Shown here piece by piece: positions 29,100 through 40,657 of a DNA stretch of 64,000 nt. The notes beneath the pieces were generated by a model. It searched no databases. It was not told the DNA's origin and saw nothing but the letters and a program-made list of their open reading frames with translations. The translations under genes were made by a program, and so were the position numbers. How positions within the stretch are numbered: position 1 is the first letter of the stretch; every line of letters begins with the position of its first letter. This DNA comes from Steroidobacteraceae bacterium (lineage in GTDB: Bacteria; Pseudomonadota; Gammaproteobacteria; Steroidobacterales; Steroidobacteraceae): contig DATMNF010000145.1 of assembly GCA_035569355.1 (NCBI GenBank), positions 1,645 to 65,644 on the forward strand. Direction: 5' to 3'.

Positions 29100-29476
29100 G
29101 CTTGCGCAGCCCCCTGGGGAGAGTGCTGGGATTGGGATCGGCCAAAGACGGCACCGATCATTGGTGGGCGCAGCGGGTGAGCTCCATCGCGCTGATCCCG
29201 TTGACGCTTTGGTTCCTGTTTTCGCTGTTCGCGCTGCCCGTGTTCGACTACGTCGCCCTGAGGGCGTGGTTGTCGTTTCCCTTCAGCGGCTTTCTGTGCG
29301 TGCTGCTGGTCGCCGTACTGACGCACCACTCGTACCTCGGAACCATCGTGGTGGTCGAAGATTACGTGCATTCCGCCGGCATGAAGCTGCTGTCGCTGCT
29401 GTTGCTGCGATTCTTGCATGTGCTCGCCGGGGGCGCGGGCGTATTTGCGATTTTGCGCGTGGCGTTCGGATCATAG
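29096..29476 (+). CDS. sdhD: succinate dehydrogenase hydrophobic membrane anchor subunit
   Basis: G...HWW.QR.S.IAL.PL motif and three TM helices. ATGA overlap with the sdhC stop. Confidence 0.85.
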   Translation: MSLRSPLGRVLGLGSAKDGTDHWWAQRVSSIALIPLTLWFLFSLFALPVFDYVALRAWLSFPFSGFLCVLLVAVLTHHSYLGTIVVVEDYVHSAGMKLLSLLLLRFLHVLAGGAGVFAILRVAFGS

Positions 29477-29478
29477 CT

Positions 29479-31260
29479 ATGAGCGACTATCAATTGATCG
29501 ACCACACCTACGATGTGGTCGTCGTCGGCGCCGGAGGCGCGGGTTTGCGGGCGACGTTCGGCCTTGCCGAAGCCGGCCTCGCCACCGCCTGCCTGACCAA
29601 GGTATTCCCTACTCGCAGCCATACGGTCGCGGCGCAGGGCGGAATCTCGGCGGCGCTCGGCAACATGGGCTCCGACGATTGGCGCTGGCACATGTACGAT
29701 ACCGTGAAGGGCTCGGACTGGCTCGGGGATCAGGACGCAATCGAGTTCATGTGCAAGGAAGCGCCGGCGGCGGTCATCGAACTCGAACACTATGGCGTGC
29801 CGTTTTCGCGCACCGACGACGGCCGCATTTACCAGCGTCCATTCGGCGGCATGACCACGCACTATGGCAAGGGGATCGCGCAGCGCACCTGTGCCGCGGC
29901 CGATCGCACCGGTCACGCCATGCTCCACACGTTGTACCAGCAATCACTCAAGCACGAAGCGAACTTCTTCATCGAGTACTTCGCTCTCGATCTCATCATG
30001 GAAAACGGCGAATGCCGCGGCGTCATCGCGCTCGACATGTCCGATGGCACCCTGCACCGATTCCGCGCGCACATGGTCATTCTGGCGACCGGCGGCTACG
30101 GCCGGGCATGGTTTTCCTGCACCTCCGCGCACACCTGTACCGGGGACGGCGGCGGCATGGCGCTGCGTGCGGGCTTGCCGTTGCAGGACATGGAATTCGT
30201 GCAATTTCATCCGACAGGCATCTACGCGGCCGGGTGCTTGATCACCGAAGGTGCGCGCGGCGAAGGCGGATATTTGACGAACGCCCTCGGAGAGCGGTTC
30301 ATGGAGCGCTACGCGCCAAACGCAAAGGATTTGGCGTCTCGCGACGTCGTCAGCCGTGCGATGACTCTCGAGATTCGCGAGGGACGCGGTGTCGGACCGC
30401 TGAAAGATCACATCGATCTGCATTTGGAGCATCTGGGCCCCGCGGTAATCAAGGAACGATTGCCCGGCATTGCGGAGACCGCCAGGATTTTCGCCGGCGT
30501 GGACGTCAATAAAGAGCCGATACCGGTGTTGCCCACGGTGCACTACAACATGGGGGGCATTCCCTGCAATGTGCACGGCGAAGCGATCACCCGCGTAAGT
30601 GGAAACGAGACCATCGTCCCGGGACTCATGGCGGTGGGCGAGGCGGCGTGCGTCTCGGTGCACGGCGCGAACCGGTTGGGATCCAATTCGCTGCTCGATT
30701 TGGTCGTATTCGGCCGTGAAGCGGCCAGCCACTGTGCGCGGGTCGTGAAACCCGGTTCGGCGCACCGCGCATTCAAGGCCGACGCCGGCGACGCTTCGCT
30801 CGCTCGATTGGATCGATTCCGGCATGCCAAGGGCGCGCGGCGCACGGCCGACATCCGTTTGGCCATGCAGCGCGTCATGCAGAGCGACGCCGCGGTATTT
30901 CGCACCGGCGATTCCTTGGATGACGGCAAGCGCAGGCTCGCCGCGGTATTCGAGTCCTTCGCCGACGTCCAGGTCACGGATCGTTCGCTGGTGTGGAACA
31001 CCGACCTGATCGAGACGTTGGAGCTCGACAATCTTCTGGGACAAGCCGTGGCGACCATGCATTCGGCGGCGAATCGGCAGGAGAGCCGCGGTGCGCAGGC
31101 ACGCGAGGATTTTCCGAGTCGAGACGACCAGAACTGGCTCAAGCACACCCTGTGCTGGGTTTCGGCCTCGGGTGCCACGCGATTCGATTATCGGCCGGTC
31201 CATCTGAACACCTTGACCGACGACGTCGAATCGATACCACCCAAAGCGCGGACTTACTGA
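29479..31260 (+). CDS. sdhA: succinate dehydrogenase flavoprotein subunit
   Basis: [15 protein letters not shown], the SHT.AAQGG FAD-histidine site, HPTG and [17 protein letters not shown] motifs. 593 aa. Confidence 0.95.
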   Translation: MSDYQLIDHTYDVVVVGAGGAGLRATFGLAEAGLATACLTKVFPTRSHTVAAQGGISAALGNMGSDDWRWHMYDTVKGSDWLGDQDAIEFMCKEAPAAVIELEHYGVPFSRTDDGRIYQRPFGGMTTHYGKGIAQRTCAAADRTGHAMLHTLYQQSLKHEANFFIEYFALDLIMENGECRGVIALDMSDGTLHRFRAHMVILATGGYGRAWFSCTSAHTCTGDGGGMALRAGLPLQDMEFVQFHPTGIYAAGCLITEGARGEGGYLTNALGERFMERYAPNAKDLASRDVVSRAMTLEIREGRGVGPLKDHIDLHLEHLGPAVIKERLPGIAETARIFAGVDVNKEPIPVLPTVHYNMGGIPCNVHGEAITRVSGNETIVPGLMAVGEAACVSVHGANRLGSNSLLDLVVFGREAASHCARVVKPGSAHRAFKADAGDASLARLDRFRHAKGARRTADIRLAMQRVMQSDAAVFRTGDSLDDGKRRLAAVFESFADVQVTDRSLVWNTDLIETLELDNLLGQAVATMHSAANRQESRGAQAREDFPSRDDQNWLKHTLCWVSASGATRFDYRPVHLNTLTDDVESIPPKARTY

Positions 31261-31285
31261 GTCCAGGGACGATCAGGAGCAATTG

Positions 31286-32071
31286 ATGGCCGAATTCTCG
31301 CTTCCCCCGAATTCCAAAGTACGCAAGGACGGGCGGGTATTCAAGGCGCCGGCGGGCGCCAAGAATGTCCGTGTCTTCAAGATCTATCGTTTCGACCCCG
31401 ATTCGGCGGAGAATCCGCGGCTCGATACCTACGAGATCGACATGGACGCTTGCGGACCCATGGTGTTGGATGCTCTGATCAAGATCAAGAACGAGATCGA
31501 TTCCACGCTGAGCTTCCGGCGCTCGTGCCGCGAGGGGATATGCGGCTCGTGCGCCATGAATATCGACGGCAAGAACGCCCTGGCCTGCGTCAGCGCGTGT
31601 GCCGATGTCAAGCGCGATGTCAGGATCTATCCGTTGCCGCACATGCCGGTCATCAAGGATTTGATCCCCGATTTGACGGACTTCTACGCCCAGTACGCGT
31701 CGATCAAGCCGTGGCTGCAGACGCGTACGCCCGCGCCTCCCGATACCGAGCGCCTGCAGTCGAAGGAGGACCAGGAGAAAGTGGATCGGCCCTCGGCGTG
31801 CATTCTGTGCGCCTGCTGCTCGACGAGCTGCCCGAGTTACTGGTGGAACAGCGATCGGTATTTGGGGCCGGCCGCACTCCTCGCAGCCTACCGGTGGATC
31901 GTCGACAGCCGCGATGAGGCGGCCGGCGAGCGGCTGGATTACCTCGAGGATCCATTTCGGCTGTACCGTTGCCATACCATAATGAACTGCACCGAGGCAT
32001 GCCCGAAGGATCTCAACCCCGCCAAGGCCATCGCCGAAATCAAGCAAATGATGACTCATCGCCGCCATTGA
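31286..32071 (+). CDS. sdhB: succinate dehydrogenase iron-sulfur subunit
   Basis: [25 protein letters not shown] and C....NC...CPK cluster motifs. Confidence 0.95.
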   Translation: MAEFSLPPNSKVRKDGRVFKAPAGAKNVRVFKIYRFDPDSAENPRLDTYEIDMDACGPMVLDALIKIKNEIDSTLSFRRSCREGICGSCAMNIDGKNALACVSACADVKRDVRIYPLPHMPVIKDLIPDLTDFYAQYASIKPWLQTRTPAPPDTERLQSKEDQEKVDRPSACILCACCSTSCPSYWWNSDRYLGPAALLAAYRWIVDSRDEAAGERLDYLEDPFRLYRCHTIMNCTEACPKDLNPAKAIAEIKQMMTHRRH

Positions 32072-32334
32072 TGGACCCGGCCGCCGATCCCAAGGAATTC
32101 GGGAAGCTGCGCTGGCGTTGCCGCCGCGGCATGAAAGAGCTGGATGTTTTGCTGACGCGTTATGTCGACGAGCGCTTCTGCAGCGCATCGAACTCGGAGC
32201 GGGAGTCGTTCAAGGAGCTATTGGATACCCAAGACACTCTGCTTTATGCCTACTGCCTAGGGTCGCAGCCGCCGCCGCCGCGCTTTGCGACCCTGATCGA
32301 GCGGATTACGGCAATCTCCCCGGCTGATCGATAA
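32071..32334 (+). CDS. sdhE: FAD assembly factor SdhE (SDHAF2 / YgfY family)
   Basis: 87 aa with the L.WRCRRGM.ELD.LL signature. The ATG shares its A with the sdhB TGA. Confidence 0.85.
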   Translation: MDPAADPKEFGKLRWRCRRGMKELDVLLTRYVDERFCSASNSERESFKELLDTQDTLLYAYCLGSQPPPPRFATLIERITAISPADR

Positions 32335-32411
32335 TCAGGCGCCGTGCCGCTGCTAGAATCCCCTCCTGTGCGCCAAGTCACGTTTAATACCGATTTCGTC
32401 CGGGAACCGTC

Positions 32412-32438
32412 GAACTTTTCTCCCGCAGGTCGGTCTAT
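32412..32438 (+). promoter_or_regulatory. candidate sigmaE/AlgU-type autoregulated promoter (GAACTT-N16-TCTAT) upstream of rpoE
   Basis: GAACTT at 32412-32417, a 16-nt spacer and TCTAT at 32434-32438, about 45 nt upstream of the rpoE ATG. Resembles the GAACTT-N16/17-TCnnA consensus of RpoE/AlgU promoters. Confidence 0.45.
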
Positions 32439-32480
32439 CGCGACAGGCTGGGTCGTGCGCCCGCCGGTTTGGGATCACGC

Positions 32481-33083
32481 ATGAGTGTCGAGGAGAGTGA
32501 TCTCAAACTGGTCGAGAGAGTCCAGCGCGGCGAGCGCGCGGCGTTCGATTTGTTGGTCCTGCGATACCAGCACAAGGTGCTGAAGCTGATCATGCGTTAC
32601 GTGCACGATGCAACCGAGGCTGAAGACATCGCACAGGAGGCTTTTGTGAAAGCTTTCCGTGCGCTGCAGTCGTTTCGAGGCGATAGCGCGTTCTACACGT
32701 GGCTGTATAGAATCGCGATCAACACCGCAAAGAACGCCCTGGTTGCCACGAAACGCCGGCCCATGGATTACGATCTCGACCTTCAGGACCCCGAACAATA
32801 CGACCTGCATGCCCGGTTGGCCGAGGCCGAGACCCCGGAAGGCTTGCTCCTGACCGACGAGATACGCGATACCGTGAATCGGGCAATCGAGAATTTGCCG
32901 GAAGACCTGCGAACCGCGATCGTGCTTCGGGAGTTGGAAGGATTAAGTTATGAAGACATCGCGCAAACCATGGATTGCCCGGTAGGTACCGTGCGCTCGA
33001 GGATCTTTCGCGCGCGAGAGGCGATCGACAAGAAATTGCGACCCATATTCGACGGCGGCCTTGGTCGGCCTGAGGACACATGA
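32481..33083 (+). CDS. rpoE: RNA polymerase sigma factor RpoE/AlgU (sigma-24)
   Basis: DL.LVERVQ.GE..AFDLLV.RYQHKV........D..EAEDIAQEAF.KA.RAL..FRGDSAFYTWLYRIA.NTAKN, plus region 4 EGLSYE.IA..M.CPVGTVRSRIFRAREAI. Confidence 0.92.
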   Translation: MSVEESDLKLVERVQRGERAAFDLLVLRYQHKVLKLIMRYVHDATEAEDIAQEAFVKAFRALQSFRGDSAFYTWLYRIAINTAKNALVATKRRPMDYDLDLQDPEQYDLHARLAEAETPEGLLLTDEIRDTVNRAIENLPEDLRTAIVLRELEGLSYEDIAQTMDCPVGTVRSRIFRAREAIDKKLRPIFDGGLGRPEDT

Positions 33084-33712
33084 GCGAACAAATTCGTGAA
33101 CAGGTATCGGCATTCCTCGACGGCGAATTGCCCGGCTCGGAAACGGAACTGCTGCTGAAGCGCCTCACCCGCGACGGGGAGCTGCGCGAGAGCTTCGGCC
33201 GCTACGCCCTGATCGGCGAGGCCATCCGCGGCGGGAGCGTCAGCCTCCTGACGAAGAGGTTCGCCGGGCGCGTCAACCTGGCCATCGATGGCGAGCCCAT
33301 CACCGTCACTGGGCACCTCCCCGAGCACCGCGCCCCCCGATGGTGGCGGCCATTCGCGGGCGCCGCAGTGGCGGCCGGTGTGGCGGCCGTTGCGGTGGTC
33401 GGCTTCCATCAGCGCGCCGACGCTCCGGCGTTGAGGCCGGTTCTCGCCGTTACGGCGCAAAGCGCGCCGCCGGCTCGAAACGCGGTCCTTGCCGCAAGCG
33501 GCGTCGCCGGTCAAGCCTCCCGCGAGGCTATCTCCTATACCGTTCCGCCCTCGACGGTCATGCCGGCTGCGAGGCTGACGCACTACATGCTCGCGCACAG
33601 CAGATATTCCTCCGGTCTCGCTCAGCGCGGAGTGTTGGCGGACTTACTCATCGAGGCCGACGAGCAGCAACAGCCTCAAGTGACCGAAGCGGCGGCGCAC
33701 GTTGCTCCATGA
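33080..33712 (+). CDS. rseA: anti-sigma-E factor (RseA/MucA family)
   Basis: The N-terminal RseA_N signature (E.VSAFLDGEL.......LL..L......R....RY.LIG.A.R), a central TM helix and position after rpoE. 4-nt overlaps on both sides. Confidence 0.8.
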   Translation: MSEQIREQVSAFLDGELPGSETELLLKRLTRDGELRESFGRYALIGEAIRGGSVSLLTKRFAGRVNLAIDGEPITVTGHLPEHRAPRWWRPFAGAAVAAGVAAVAVVGFHQRADAPALRPVLAVTAQSAPPARNAVLAASGVAGQASREAISYTVPPSTVMPAARLTHYMLAHSRYSSGLAQRGVLADLLIEADEQQQPQVTEAAAHVAP

Positions 33713-34758
33713 CGGGGGCTGCGCGCAATCGAGCCAACTGGCTCGTTTCCTGTGCCGTGATGGGCGCCCTCGCCACCCTGCTGCCGCAGCGTTCCCGCAG
33801 CGCCGATGACCCGCGCGATTGGCTTCAGAAAATGAATCATGCCTTGGCCACGCGCAACTACGACGGCACGTTCTTTCACTTGAGCGAGGGGCGCGTCGAG
33901 ACCATGCGCATCGTGCACCGGGTCCGCGCGGGCCGAGTGACGGAGCGGTTGCAGTCGTTGGACGGCTCCGGCCGGGAGTTCGTGCGAAACAACGATGAAT
34001 TGACGTGCTATTTGCCCGACCAGCATACGGTGCTGGTCGAGCCGCGGCCGGATAACGGTCCTTTCTTGGGATCGCTGCCGGAGTTCGGTGCGGATGTGAA
34101 TGAGTTCTATCGCATCGAGTCGTTGCCTGCGTCGCGCATTCTCGGCCGCGCGGCGCGAGTCATCGCCGTGAATCCCAAGGATCAGTTTCGGTTCGGCTAT
34201 CGGCTCTGGCTCGATGAAAAGACCGCAATGCCGCTCAAGACGCAGCTCTGCGATTCGCGTGGGCAGGTGATCGAACAGATCTTTTTTGCGCGGCTCGACA
34301 TGCCGGAGAACATACCGGACAGCGAGCTCGCACCCGCCGTGCGCACCGAGGGCATGCGCTGGGTGCGTCAGGGACCCTCGCACGATAGTGCCTCGCCGGC
34401 GCTCTCCGCCTACCGTGCCAGCGAGCTGCCGCCGGGATTCCATTTGACCGTTGCCGGCGCCCAGACGATCGGCGGAGCCAGCGTTCCCGCGAGTCATCTG
34501 GTGTACTCGGACGGACTGGCGACCGTCTCGGTATTCGTCGAAGCGCAGCAGAACGGTGCGCAGGGAGCCGACGCAACCGCCAGCGCGCCGGCGGAGCCGC
34601 CGATGCAAGGGCTCGCACGAGTGGGTTCGGGGTTCGCCTTTTCCACCGTCGTGCAGGGCCACCAGGTCACTGCGGTCGGCGAGGTGCCCGCCCAGACGGT
34701 GGAGTTCATCGCCCACTCGGTCAAACTCTCCAACGGCCCCGAACTCCCGCACCACTAG
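33709..34758 (+). CDS. rseB: sigma-E regulatory protein RseB/MucB
   Basis: Signal peptide, then WL.KM..A....NY.GTF......G.VE.MRI.H and the MucB_RseB C-terminal domain. About 349 aa. Confidence 0.85.
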   Translation: MTGAARNRANWLVSCAVMGALATLLPQRSRSADDPRDWLQKMNHALATRNYDGTFFHLSEGRVETMRIVHRVRAGRVTERLQSLDGSGREFVRNNDELTCYLPDQHTVLVEPRPDNGPFLGSLPEFGADVNEFYRIESLPASRILGRAARVIAVNPKDQFRFGYRLWLDEKTAMPLKTQLCDSRGQVIEQIFFARLDMPENIPDSELAPAVRTEGMRWVRQGPSHDSASPALSAYRASELPPGFHLTVAGAQTIGGASVPASHLVYSDGLATVSVFVEAQQNGAQGADATASAPAEPPMQGLARVGSGFAFSTVVQGHQVTAVGEVPAQTVEFIAHSVKLSNGPELPHH

Positions 34759-34769
34759 GAGCTTGAGCT

Positions 34770-35036
34770 CTGTCCGAGGACCCGGCGCCGCGCTTCCTGC
34801 TCTACTCGCGCCCCGGGTGCGGGCTTTGCGAAGAGATGCTGAGCGAGCTCGCCGCTTTGCCCGAGGTGCAAACCTTCGCCATCGACGTGCTCGACGTCGA
34901 TGCCGACGTTAAGGCAAAAACGCGCTATGGCCATAAGATCCCGGTACTGCTGTTCGCCGGTGAATTGGTGTGCCACGGGCGCTTGGACCTGGAGGAGGTA
35001 CATAAGACCCTCGCACATCATCGCCGACCGGTATAA
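34770..35036 (+). CDS. glutaredoxin-like (thioredoxin-fold, DUF836-type) small protein; apparent CTG initiation
   Basis: Translation LSEDPAPRFLLYSRPGCGLCEEM...KIPVL..... contains a CxxC motif (CGLC) and cis-Pro (IPVL). The only in-frame canonical start (ATG 34836) lies after the CxxC. AGGAG at 34757-34761 sits 8 nt before CTG 34770. Confidence 0.55.
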   Translation: MSEDPAPRFLLYSRPGCGLCEEMLSELAALPEVQTFAIDVLDVDADVKAKTRYGHKIPVLLFAGELVCHGRLDLEEVHKTLAHHRRPV

Positions 35037-35064
35037 TCGATGGTTTGTCCAGACCCAGGCGTAG

Positions 35065-36864
<1,800 letters not shown>

Positions 36865-36910
36865 AACCGGGAGCCGCGAGCGCGGCGCAGCTTTTTATTG
36901 GGAGTATTTC

Positions 36911-37930
36911 GTGAATGATGGCGATAGCGTTTTCATAGGTCTCCTGTGCGTGGGCGTCGCTTGCGTACTGGTGATTTTGGTTGACGGCTGGTTCTTCAGG
37001 CCGAAACGCGATCCAGGCGCAGTGAGCGCGGAAGAGCCCGCCTTGCCGAAAATGGCCGGCTACGCGCTGGTGGGCCTGTCGCTGGCCATGCTGTGGCGGC
37101 TGTTCCGCTATGAGGCTGTCGACTTCAGTCTCATGCTCGTGGTGGTCGGCGCCATTTCCGGCGGCATTTGGCTGCTGGATCAGGTGTTCTTCGCGCGCCC
37201 CCGCAAGCAGCGCGCCGCCTCTGCGGGCACCCCGCCGGAGCGAGTGCGCGAGCCGATCGCGGTCGAATACGCGCGCTCGTTCTTCCCGGTCATCATCCTC
37301 GTGCTGGTGATCCGCTCGTTTCTGTTCGAGCCGTTTCGGATACCGTCCGACTCCATGATGCCCACCTTGTTCGACGGCGACTTCATCTTCGTGAGCAAGT
37401 ATTCCTACGGCCTGCGCCTCCCGGTTTCGAATACGCTGCTGGTTCCCACGGGCACTCCCCAACGAGGCGACGTGATCGTGTTTCGCCTGCCGCCCAATCC
37501 GAAAATCAACTACATCAAACGCCTGGTTGGACTGCCGGGAGACCGCATCAGAGTGGACGAGAACAATCAGCTGTATGTCAACGGCAAGCCGATGCCGCAG
37601 CAGCCCGGACCGGCCTACGCCGGCCCGAAACAAGACTTGGGAAATTACGCGGGGGCCCCCACGGCGTTCGAGCAGTTGGGCGCAAAGCGCCATCTGATCA
37701 TGTTCGCCAACGGGGGCGTCAAGACGGGCGAGTGGGTCGTGCCCCCGAAGCACTATTTCTTCATGGGCGACAATCGCAACAACAGCAAGGACAGCCGTTT
37801 CCAGGACGATAACGACGCCCCAGGGTTCGTGCCGGAGCGTAATCTGGTGGGTAAAGCGGTGCGAATCTGGCTTAATCTCGATACTCGTGACGGACCTCTC
37901 TGGCGGCGAGTGGGGAATGCGATTCAATAG
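36911..37930 (+). CDS. lepB: signal peptidase I
   Basis: FRIPS.SM.PTL..GD.I.V.K..YG, RGD..VF..P, KR..GLPGD and GDNR.NS.DSR boxes. GTG start. Confidence 0.9.
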   Translation: MNDGDSVFIGLLCVGVACVLVILVDGWFFRPKRDPGAVSAEEPALPKMAGYALVGLSLAMLWRLFRYEAVDFSLMLVVVGAISGGIWLLDQVFFARPRKQRAASAGTPPERVREPIAVEYARSFFPVIILVLVIRSFLFEPFRIPSDSMMPTLFDGDFIFVSKYSYGLRLPVSNTLLVPTGTPQRGDVIVFRLPPNPKINYIKRLVGLPGDRIRVDENNQLYVNGKPMPQQPGPAYAGPKQDLGNYAGAPTAFEQLGAKRHLIMFANGGVKTGEWVVPPKHYFFMGDNRNNSKDSRFQDDNDAPGFVPERNLVGKAVRIWLNLDTRDGPLWRRVGNAIQ

Positions 37931-37954
37931 GAGCCAATTTAGGGAGGCCAGGCG

Positions 37955-38329
37955 ATGAAACACGGTCTGCGGCAGCGTCAGCAAGGTATGACATTCATTG
38001 GTTTGCTCTGCATTCTCGCGATGGCGGGTGTCATCGTGTATGCGGGCATTCGTCTCGTCCCCGTATATCTGAACTACATGAACATCGTGCACACCTTGCA
38101 GGCCGTAGCGTCGGAGGCCAAAGGCGAAGCTCCCGATATTGGTTCGATCAGGAACTCGTTGGAGAGGCATTGGGAAATTTCGACCATCAGCGCGGTCGAC
38201 TACAAGGACGTCGAGATCACGAAGGACGACGGTGGAGTATCGCTGCATATCGTCTACGACGATTCGGAACCCTATCTCGCGAATGTATCGCTCGCAGTAC
38301 ACTTCGACAAAACCGTGAAGGTGCGGTGA
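37955..38329 (+). CDS. DUF4845-domain membrane protein
   Basis: 124 aa with an N-terminal TM (GMTFIGLLCILAMAGVIVYAG.RLVP.Y). Occupies the conserved lepB-rnc intergene slot seen in many Gammaproteobacteria. Confidence 0.75.
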   Translation: MKHGLRQRQQGMTFIGLLCILAMAGVIVYAGIRLVPVYLNYMNIVHTLQAVASEAKGEAPDIGSIRNSLERHWEISTISAVDYKDVEITKDDGGVSLHIVYDDSEPYLANVSLAVHFDKTVKVR

Positions 38330-39036
38330 ACTCGTTGGATAAATCGGATGAGCTCCTGGCCTGGGCAGAGCAATCCCTCGGCCATGTCTTCTTGGAACCG
38401 GCGCTGTGCTACGCGGCCGTGACTCACCGCAGCGCCGGCGCCGAACACAATGAGCGCCTGGAATTCCTGGGCGACGCGATTCTCAATTGCAGCGTGGCGC
38501 GCCTGCTGTACGACGCGCATCCGCAGGCGGATGAGGGTGCCCTGTCGCGGTTGCGGGCGACGCTCGTCAACGGCGAAGCCTTGGGGCAAATTGCGGCCCA
38601 ACTCGGTTTGGGCAAGCATCTGCGCTTGGGGTCGGGTGAGTTGAAAAGCGGCGGTTTTCGCCGTGCTTCGATATTGGCGGATGCATTGGAGGCTCTGCTC
38701 GGCGCGATTTTCCTGGATTCGGGGTTCGACGCGGCGGCGGCGGTGGTAGCGCGCATCATCGGCCGGCGGATGGCGGAATTGCCCGGTGCCGACATGTTGA
38801 AGGACCCGAAGACGCGGCTGCAGGAAGCGCTGCAGGCGCACGGACTCGCTCTGCCGGTTTACACCTTGACGGCGGTGGCGGGCGATCCGCACGCGCAGTC
38901 ATTCACCGTCAGAGCGGCGGTCCCGGTGTTCGAACTGGCCGCAGTGGGCGAGGGCGGCAGCCGCCGGCGCGCCGAGCAATTGGCGGCCGCGAAATTGCTG
39001 GAGCTGCTGCCGGCCGAAATGCGGAGGCCGCAATGA
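38326..39036 (+). CDS. rnc: ribonuclease III
   Basis: A.THRS....HNERLEFLGDA.L signature, a dsRBD (KD.KT.LQE..Q) and a GTG start overlapping the upstream stop (GTGA). Confidence 0.92.
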   Translation: MNSLDKSDELLAWAEQSLGHVFLEPALCYAAVTHRSAGAEHNERLEFLGDAILNCSVARLLYDAHPQADEGALSRLRATLVNGEALGQIAAQLGLGKHLRLGSGELKSGGFRRASILADALEALLGAIFLDSGFDAAAAVVARIIGRRMAELPGADMLKDPKTRLQEALQAHGLALPVYTLTAVAGDPHAQSFTVRAAVPVFELAAVGEGGSRRRAEQLAAAKLLELLPAEMRRPQ

Positions 39037-39932
39037 GCGGTGCCGTATTTCGCGCCGGGCACGTCGCCATCGTCGGCCGGCCGAATGTCGGCAAATCGAC
39101 CCTGGTCAATGCCCTGGTGGGCCGCAAGGTGTCGATCGTCAGCGCCAAGCCGCAAACCACGCGGCACCGGATCCTGGGCGTAGTCAATCGCCCCGACGCT
39201 CAGCTGGTATTGGTGGATACGCCCGGACTGCATGAATCGACGCGCCGCGTGATGAATCAGTACATGAACCGCGTGGCTATTTCGTCCTCGCAGGATGCGG
39301 ACGTCATCGTATTCGTGATCGAGGCCATGCGGTTCACCGATGAGGACATGTGGGTCTGGGACCGCGTACGCGGCTTGAAGCAGCCGTTGTTCCTGGTCGT
39401 CAATAAAATCGACCGCCTGTTCCCCAAGGAGCAGCTGCTGCCCTTTCTCGAGGATATGACGCAGCGCGTCCCGGCATCGGAGATCATTCCGATATCGGCG
39501 CTCGAGTCTGATAATCTTGATCGCCTGGTCGATCTCGTCGGGTCACGGCTGCCGGTTTCCCCGCCGTTGTTCGCGCCCGATGTCGTCACCGACCGCGATG
39601 AGCCGTTCCACGCGGCCGAGATCGTGCGTGAGAAGCTGACGTTGAAGCTGCGCGAGGAATTGCCCTATGGCATCAATGTGCAAATCGAGCGCTTTGCGGA
39701 GGAGCGCAATCGCATCATGATCAACGCGGTCATTTGGGTCGAGCGCGCCGGGCAGAAGGCCATCGTGATCGGTCAGGGCGGCGAGCGGTTGAAGGAAATC
39801 GGCCGGCTTGCCCGCATTGAACTCAATGATTTGTGGCAGCGTTCCGTGCACCTGGAACTGTGGGTCAAGGTCAAGGAAAACTGGGCCGACAGCGAATCGG
39901 CGCTGCGCCAGTTTGGGTACGATACGTTGTGA
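39033..39932 (+). CDS. era: GTPase Era
   Basis: G.VAIVGRPNVGKSTL.NAL.G.K.SI.S.K.QTTRH, DTPG, NK.D and a KH domain (I.VER..QK.I.IG..G..LK.IG). ATGA overlap with rnc. Confidence 0.95.
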   Translation: MSGAVFRAGHVAIVGRPNVGKSTLVNALVGRKVSIVSAKPQTTRHRILGVVNRPDAQLVLVDTPGLHESTRRVMNQYMNRVAISSSQDADVIVFVIEAMRFTDEDMWVWDRVRGLKQPLFLVVNKIDRLFPKEQLLPFLEDMTQRVPASEIIPISALESDNLDRLVDLVGSRLPVSPPLFAPDVVTDRDEPFHAAEIVREKLTLKLREELPYGINVQIERFAEERNRIMINAVIWVERAGQKAIVIGQGGERLKEIGRLARIELNDLWQRSVHLELWVKVKENWADSESALRQFGYDTL

Positions 39933-39937
39933 AGAGC

Positions 39938-40657
39938 ATGCGGCGCGTATGGCTGGCGCCAGCCTACGTTTTGCACCAATACGCCTATCGTGACACCAGC
40001 CGCATCGTGGAGGTGTTCACCGGCGATTACGGGCGCCTCACATTGTTCGCGCGCGGTGCCAACGGGCCCAAATCCAATTTGCGAGGCGTGCTGCGGCCCT
40101 TTCAGCGCATGCTCGTGTCCTGGTCAGGCAAGGGAGAAGCCTGTCAATTGGTGACCGCGGAGATCGACGGTGTGGCGACCAGCCTTGCGCCGAATCGTCT
40201 CATGAGCGGATTCTATTTGAACGAACTGCTGTTGAAGCTCACGGAGCGCTGGGATCCGCACCCGGAAATTTTTTCCTCGTACGCCGCCTGCGTGCAGTCG
40301 CTGTGCGACGGGGAAGTCGAGGAAGCCACGCTGCGCCGTTTCGAAAAACGCCTATTGAACGACCTGGGTTATGGTTTGGAGCTCGCGAGGACCGGCGACG
40401 GAGTTCCGATCGTACAGGATGGATACTACCGGTTCGCTCTCCAAAGCGGGCCGGAGCTCTGCGTGGCCGAGGCGCCCGGTGCGGTTTACGGCCAATCCCT
40501 GGCCGATCTGCAGGCGGAGAGCTTCGGCGACCCGCGCTCGCTCCGCGATGCCAAGCGCCTGCTGCGCGCGGCCATCGACGCCTGCCTCGACGGCCGCGCG
40601 TTGAAATCGCGCGAGGTCGCGCTCGCCTTGCGCCATCGCGAGGGAACACGCTCGTGA
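39938..40657 (+). CDS. recO: DNA repair protein RecO
   Basis: AYVLH...YR.TS.I...FT...GR....A.G alignment to the E. coli RecO N-terminus. An alternative GTG start at 39929 overlaps the era stop. Confidence 0.87.
   Translation: MRRVWLAPAYVLHQYAYRDTSRIVEVFTGDYGRLTLFARGANGPKSNLRGVLRPFQRMLVSWSGKGEACQLVTAEIDGVATSLAPNRLMSGFYLNELLLKLTERWDPHPEIFSSYAACVQSLCDGEVEEATLRRFEKRLLNDLGYGLELARTGDGVPIVQDGYYRFALQSGPELCVAEAPGAVYGQSLADLQAESFGDPRSLRDAKRLLRAAIDACLDGRALKSREVALALRHREGTRS

Noticed and set aside
36865-36910. Possible hairpin plus T-run (GCCGC-GAGC-GCGGC ... CTTTTTATT) between lepA and lepB as a terminator
   Set aside because: The stem is only 5 bp and is separated from the T-run by 5 nt. lepA and lepB are normally co-transcribed. 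Too weak to call.
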